Origin: Nemertoderma westbladi
Taxonomy: Eukaryota > Animalia > Xenacoelomorpha
Assembly (NCBI GenBank): GCA_032718475.1
Contig: JAUCBJ010003862.1
Span: forward strand, 17,167 to 81,166
Direction of reading: 5' to 3'
Length of the DNA stretch: 64,000 nt
Of the stretch, positions 58,601 through 64,000 are shown piece by piece (the stretch's first letter is position 1; the number at the start of each line of letters is the position of its first letter). Below the pieces are notes generated by a model, which saw nothing but the letters and a program-made list of their open reading frames with translations, was not told where the DNA came from and did no database searches. A program made the position numbers and the translations under genes.

Positions 58601-61600
58601 ACGATTGTCATCAGTGAACTTCAATGATGGAATTTTAAGTTTGTTAGTAAAATATTGTTGTTCCTTCAAAGACCAAGACTTAGGACTGGAAAAGGAATCA
58701 ACTAAGCCATCTATCGCTTTGAGATGAATGTTATTCATTGGAAGTTGCTCTTCATTATAATCTAGTTTTGGAAATGGGGAATCTAACTGACATTTAAGAC
58801 TGCCAACCATCATACTCTGATCACTATTTAAAGTTGAGTAATTAGTATCTAACATTAGTATCTAATACAGCATTGAGAACTCGACTATAATATTTACCAG
58901 TTACCAGAATAGGGAGCACATTACAAGATCGCATGTAATTAGTTGATGTCACACTCTTGAAGCTGCACTCATCTTCAAAATAATCTTCATCTTCCGAAAG
59001 GATGAATGAAGAATCATACAAATTATCATCGTCGTGGTTTTCAGACTCCTCACTACCTTCCTCAGCATCGCTAAATGTCACCTTTGATATTTTGTTTTTA
59101 GGGGGAGACTTAGTCTTAGTGGTAGTCTTCGATGGAGTAGATTTGGATGAGGTTGTTGTTAACTTCTTGGATGATATTGGTCCTTGTGGTACATGTACAG
59201 GAAGTGTTGGCGATGAAGATTTGGTAGATGCTGGAGTCACCTCAGCACCAACTGATGACTTCAAGAAAGTTCCAGCATGTAGTGCTCCAGAACTATCATC
59301 ATGCAAAGATTCATGGTGACGTTTAGTACATTTTGTACAGGTTTGAGTAGATGTGCACTACTGACGTACCAGGTGATTGTAGCTTAAGCACAGATAGCAT
59401 AAACTAAGCGACCTCGCGAGCATTCGTTTAGTTTGAAGTGGTAAAGCCATATAAGTGTTGCATTGAACCATAGTTCGGTGGTGACCATTACATACAGGAC
59501 AATGAATTCGGGTGCTATGTTTATCTTTCATGTTGTTACAACATAACCTGACTAATTTGGTCATCTCAGAGAGGACTGTAAAGACTGAACCATTGGTATC
59601 ACTCTCTGAAATATTATTTGAAGCAGTTTGTTCATCTTCAATGACTAATTTATGGGCTTTTTCATGACCTCGATGACTGGAAGTTACTCTAGTGGAATCT
59701 GGAAAGGACAAGGGTGTTACCCCTACCTGATTAGGTAGATTCATTGCCCTTGACTCATCTTTAACTAAACGAGTAAAATCTCGCAAAGTTTCTTGGAGCC
59801 CACTGTCTCGAATTGACCGGACTTTTCTTTTCCACTTTCTCTGGGGTTCATTGGGAAGCCTATTGGCCATTGCGACAATGGCATCCCAATTCTGTAATAA
59901 TGATTGCTGTCCAAATTGGTGTAATGTTCTAAGGCCTGCCTGAAGCTCCTGGTTAAAAAAGAAGAGACCCTGATTTCCTTTTATAGGAGGGCCACATCTC
60001 AGTTTATGGCTGATATTTCCTGAGACGACTCGGGGATCACCATTATAGGTTTCAAGTTCTTCCCAAGCATCTGCAAACTCATCAGGAGTACCTCTCAGGC
60101 CTTCTACCATTTCAGGAGTGGACCTTCTAAACATGTTAATAAATATGCAAACTTCTCATGCTCGGAGAAGTCCTTTGTAACAACAAAGTCAGTGAATTCT
60201 AAGTAAAAATTGCACCATTGTTCAGGTTTTCCCGAAAACTTGGCAATTTACATCTCAGGTAAGTTCTTCCTGGCCTGCAGTTCCTTCATAGTTCTAGCAA
60301 AGGCATTGCGATCATCATAGTAATTATGATGACCAATCGGGCGCATAACTTGCCTTGAAGGTCCTGGTGGCACATGATAGGGAATTGCACCTTCACTTGG
60401 GTCTAAATTATTGGGCTCTTGGTTTGATCTAAGGTTGTGAAAATTTTTGTTTTGATGCGTTTGATCTGATCGATGACCATGGTGCCCAGAATTTAACCGT
60501 TCGTGGTCAACTCTAGCTTGATTGTTACGATATTCATGATTTCATCTGATCTAATCTGAGTATTATGGCGTTGATCATGGTGGTTTTGATCATAATTGGT
60601 CTGATCAGAATAAATAACCTTGATCATTTATGTTAGGATGACCATGACGGATATTGTGACGGTAACCTGAATTAGGATTACGAATGTGAGTATGATCATG
60701 AGGAGTGGACTGTGCAATCGGTGCCCCGTGGCCAACAATTGGCTGATTAGCCCAGTTGTAGTTATTTGAGTGGTGCATATATTTCTCCTGGAGAATTTTC
60801 TCCTTAGACCACTCTTGATTTGCATAGTTATGATAATAACTACATTCTTGGTAGTCAGTTTCTGAATCTGTAGCTAGATTATTATGTTTGATCAGGCAGA
60901 TCAACTTCATTATCAGGGTGCAATGCAGTTGCGATTATCTCCATGGATCTAGTAGCTGTGCTAATTTGAGCCCCTAATTGAGATACAAGGTTAATAACAA
61001 CTGCTTGACTATCTGTAAAAGTAGGTTGATCTCCTTGGTCTGTAAGAATTTGTTGTTCGGACCTCTTCTGCTTAGATGGGACTTCTTGATCATGTGAAAC
61101 ATTCTGATCATTGGGCTCATCAATTAAACCTGATGATGACATCTGATTTTTAGGCACATTAACCCAATTGCCCTTAGAGTCAGCCAAATGCCTAGGCCGA
61201 CCTTCATACGCCCATTCTGGAATATTTAAATTATTAATTGGGACTGGTCGATCTGATTTTTATTTTTTTTTTCATTAGGAGTATTATTTAATACTTTTTT
61301 TTTAATTAGTCAATTTATTATTCCATTACTAAATGATAAAATCAGGCGAAGCACAAATGATCACAAATTAATTAAGTAGAATAATTAAGATTGAAGCACA
61401 GGTTAACAATAAATATTTACAATAAAGAAACAGATATGTAATCAGTACATATCTGGGTCAACACCCCAAATCCCCGCCCCATCCCCAAACCCGAGGCCCC
61501 GCCATGGCCTCCTACCACCCCGGAGGCACAGAGAGGTCGCCCGAAGGAGACCAAACTGCAGCCGCCGCCTCACCGCACCCAAAACCTGTCCCAAACCCCG

Positions 61601-63481
61601 CTGTCTCATCCCGACCCTCTTAGAGCATAGGGTCTCCGCAAGGTGCTGGATGAATACAGCCGCCTCCGCACCCCACACGGGGTGAAGTGCATCCTGCGGG
61701 ATTCGCAGGCCTCCTGGTAGTGGGCCCGCTTGACCCGCTCCCTCTGGGCGAGTAAGGTCTCCGTTGAGGCGTTGGAGCGAACATAGGAAGTGGCATCGAG
61801 ATTTATAATCGATACGTCGAAAGACGCCACTACCTGGTTCGCCCAAACACCCCTGGATACCAAATCCGCCCTCACCCCCTCCACCGCCTGCCCATCCGAG
61901 ACCAGGTGACCTTGGGCCAGGGTGACCTCCCGCTCGACGTTAGTCGCACCGAAGGCCTCCGCAAGAAGGTCACCAAACACGTCCCGGATCTCATTGTGCC
62001 GGCGAATAACTAGCCCTCCGACCTTGCAGCTGAGAGCGTGCGCAGTGTCGAAGGGCTCGCCGCAGCCCTCGCAGTTTACTGGAAGGTCTGGGGGCGCCAT
62101 ACTATACCGCAACGCGAGGTTGTCCCGAAAAGACTGCGGGTCCAGGTCAGTGTGGTCTATGGGCGAGGGTAGCACAGAGAGCCATCCATCAGTCTTGTAT
62201 TTCGACGCCCGGCTGACAGTTCGGCGCCGATCAGGTGGGAACGCCGCCAGAGAGACCTCGCACTGGTCGATCTGATTGATTGGTTACTGAATTGGGATGA
62301 ACTCTACGAGTTGGTTCATTACCTCCCTTATAAGGTCTATCTTGATCATCTCTTGTTAGGTGTTGTATTTTTTCAACGCGATTTTGAATTTGTTGATCAT
62401 ATTCTTTAAATTTTGAATTTAAAATTTCTTCAAGTGAGGGGCTTAGGGTCCCCAATACTTGTTCAGTTACCTTTGTAATAATTTCCCCAGATTGATATTG
62501 TCCCTTTACCTCTATTGCAGTTCGAGTAACTTTGAACTCATCATCAATCTTGTCGAGTTGATCATCATGTTGGCTTAATCTATCAGATACCGTGGAGAGT
62601 TCCCTTTTTATGACTAAAATTTCGGCGCATGTTTGTTCATTGGACTGTTCAACACGAAATTTACATGTTTCGTTTAACCGAACAATCTCATGTGCCTGTT
62701 CATCTAATCGAGCCTCGATATGGTTGGCTCGTTTACGTGCTTCGATAGCTTGATCATTGATCTGACTCTGTGTGGCATCAGCCTGACGTTGCACTTTATC
62801 AGTCAGTTGTTTCAGCTGATCTCTAGTCGTATCAGCATCCTTATTAAGCTGATCACGAGTCATATCAGCCTGTTGTTTAAGCTGATCTTGAGTTGCATTG
62901 TCTCGGTGTTGAGCATTGTCAGCGAGTTGCTGCATGAGCGACATTAAGGAATTTAGAGTAATTTCAGGAGGGCTGGGTACAGCTGATTGTTCTGGAACAT
63001 CCACTACTTCAACTGGTTGTTCTAGAATACTTTCAAGGGATTCAGTAAATTACTCATCGCCAGACTGTACGGGAGTAGTAGCAGGTTTTTCCTCAGGAAT
63101 TACTAGGATGCAGTCCTTCAGAGCTACATGGTCAGACAATGCCCCGAAGCCTGCTTCAATAGAAACTGCAGCAATTGTTTCCCATGCATAGCGCATTTTA
63201 TTATTTAGTATAACATTAGCAGAGTTTATCGTACTTTGAAACTCAGAATTAATTTTAACTTCTGGAAGGGCCGAATCAAATAATTTGAAAAAACTAGCTA
63301 TTTTCTCGTCATAAAGACTATTGACTTTACTTACTGTGAGAACTAAAAAATCCAACTCAAGCTGCTGTGTTTCAGCAGATTTGCCCTTTATTTGTTTTAT
63401 AATAGTGTCAACCTGGCGTGTAAATGCACCTTTAATAGAGCTGCACTTTAAATTAATGCTGGCTAATTGGTTGTCAGCCAC
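55605..63481 (-). mobile_element. BEL/Pao element lacking RT/RNase H/integrase core; candidate 3' LTR 55605-56979; 5' LTR not confidently seen
   Basis: Gag ORFs 63050-63481, 62231-63004, 59358-60134 (CPVCNGHH, LCYLCL..NH); protease VLDT near 58850; IN C-terminal motif KW...KVGDLVL...W..A...RTVTVKT..RPV at ~58100-58320; tg...ca segment with adjacent purine tract. Confidence 0.75.
61259..62261 (-). mobile_element. 5'-truncated CRE-clade LINE (REL domain) inserted in BEL gag
   Basis: CEGCG..H.LSC, RHNEIRD, RADL, FDVS, K..HY; poly(A) tail; 16-bp TSD actggtcgatctgatt (61243-61258, 62262-62277). Confidence 0.92.
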
Positions 63482-63846
63482 AGATGTTGGCCTTATGATT
63501 TATATATTTTTAAAACAAAAAATATATAGAAAGAAGTAATTATTTGCTTTAAAGCAACAGAAATATTAATCAATAATATATTAGTTTAAATTAATTTAAT
63601 CGAAATTAAATTAACAATTAATATAACAAGACAGACGGCCGGCAAAGGCACCCTACCTTTAACCGACGCATATACAAGCACACAATGGGAGATCAAAGGG
63701 AGGGGAAGCAGCATCTTAAGGTTTGCGATAGAGAATGTTTTAAAGGCTTACTGTGTAGGAAAATACGAATACAAGACATACAATCGGACTAGGAGGGGAT
63801 AACAGGAGAAATTCAGGACTGTCTTTTGTTTGTCCTGAAAACTTGC

Positions 63847-64000
63847 ATAGTCTAAGGACATGCGTAGAACATAGTCAACCACAATAATGAACAAGAATGG
63901 TGCAAGTGTGTCTCCTTGGAGGACGCCCCATAACACTTCAAATGGTTCTGTGTCACCATCAACAGTAGACACAAATGTTGTCGAACCATCGTATACTGAT
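63847..64000 (-). mobile_element. Second copy of the RTE family (RT fragment, runs off window)
   Basis: Near-identical reverse complement of ~53665-53815; retains QGDTLAP. Confidence 0.88.

Noticed and set aside
63725-63760. Possible 5' LTR remnant of the BEL element (gaatgttttaaagg also near 55752)
   Set aside because: Match too short; no extended identity or TSD visible

Overview
Repeat-dense eukaryotic (invertebrate-like, AT-rich) genomic DNA, made almost entirely of nested mobile elements around one host gene. The host gene is an EamA/SLC35G-like transporter: exon 3970-4094 splices in frame to exon 17298-18109 across a 13.2-kb intron filled by a nested LTR pair. The centrepiece is a complete 18.3-kb Polinton/Maverick (30249-48525; AGT...ACT ends, ~610-bp TIRs, GCTGAT TSD). 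It carries pPolB (broken), integrase, packaging ATPase, major capsid protein, two penton-like proteins, a frameshifted adenain, core/lytic proteins, a DEDD-like nuclease and a RING protein. Unusually, it also carries a TBP-like gene and a PC4-like gene flanking the polymerase. The Polinton sits inside a non-autonomous P/Galileo-like transposon (29588-50984; CTTGGTG TSD). Two different RT-less LTR elements (4714-16997 and 19065-27861) carry apparently homologous, unrecognised ORFs ending in a cluster of CCHC knuckles. Also present are CRE, RTE and L2/Crack-like LINEs, two deleted BEL/Pao elements, MITEs/foldbacks and tandem repeats. All calls come from manual motif reading; no searches were run.
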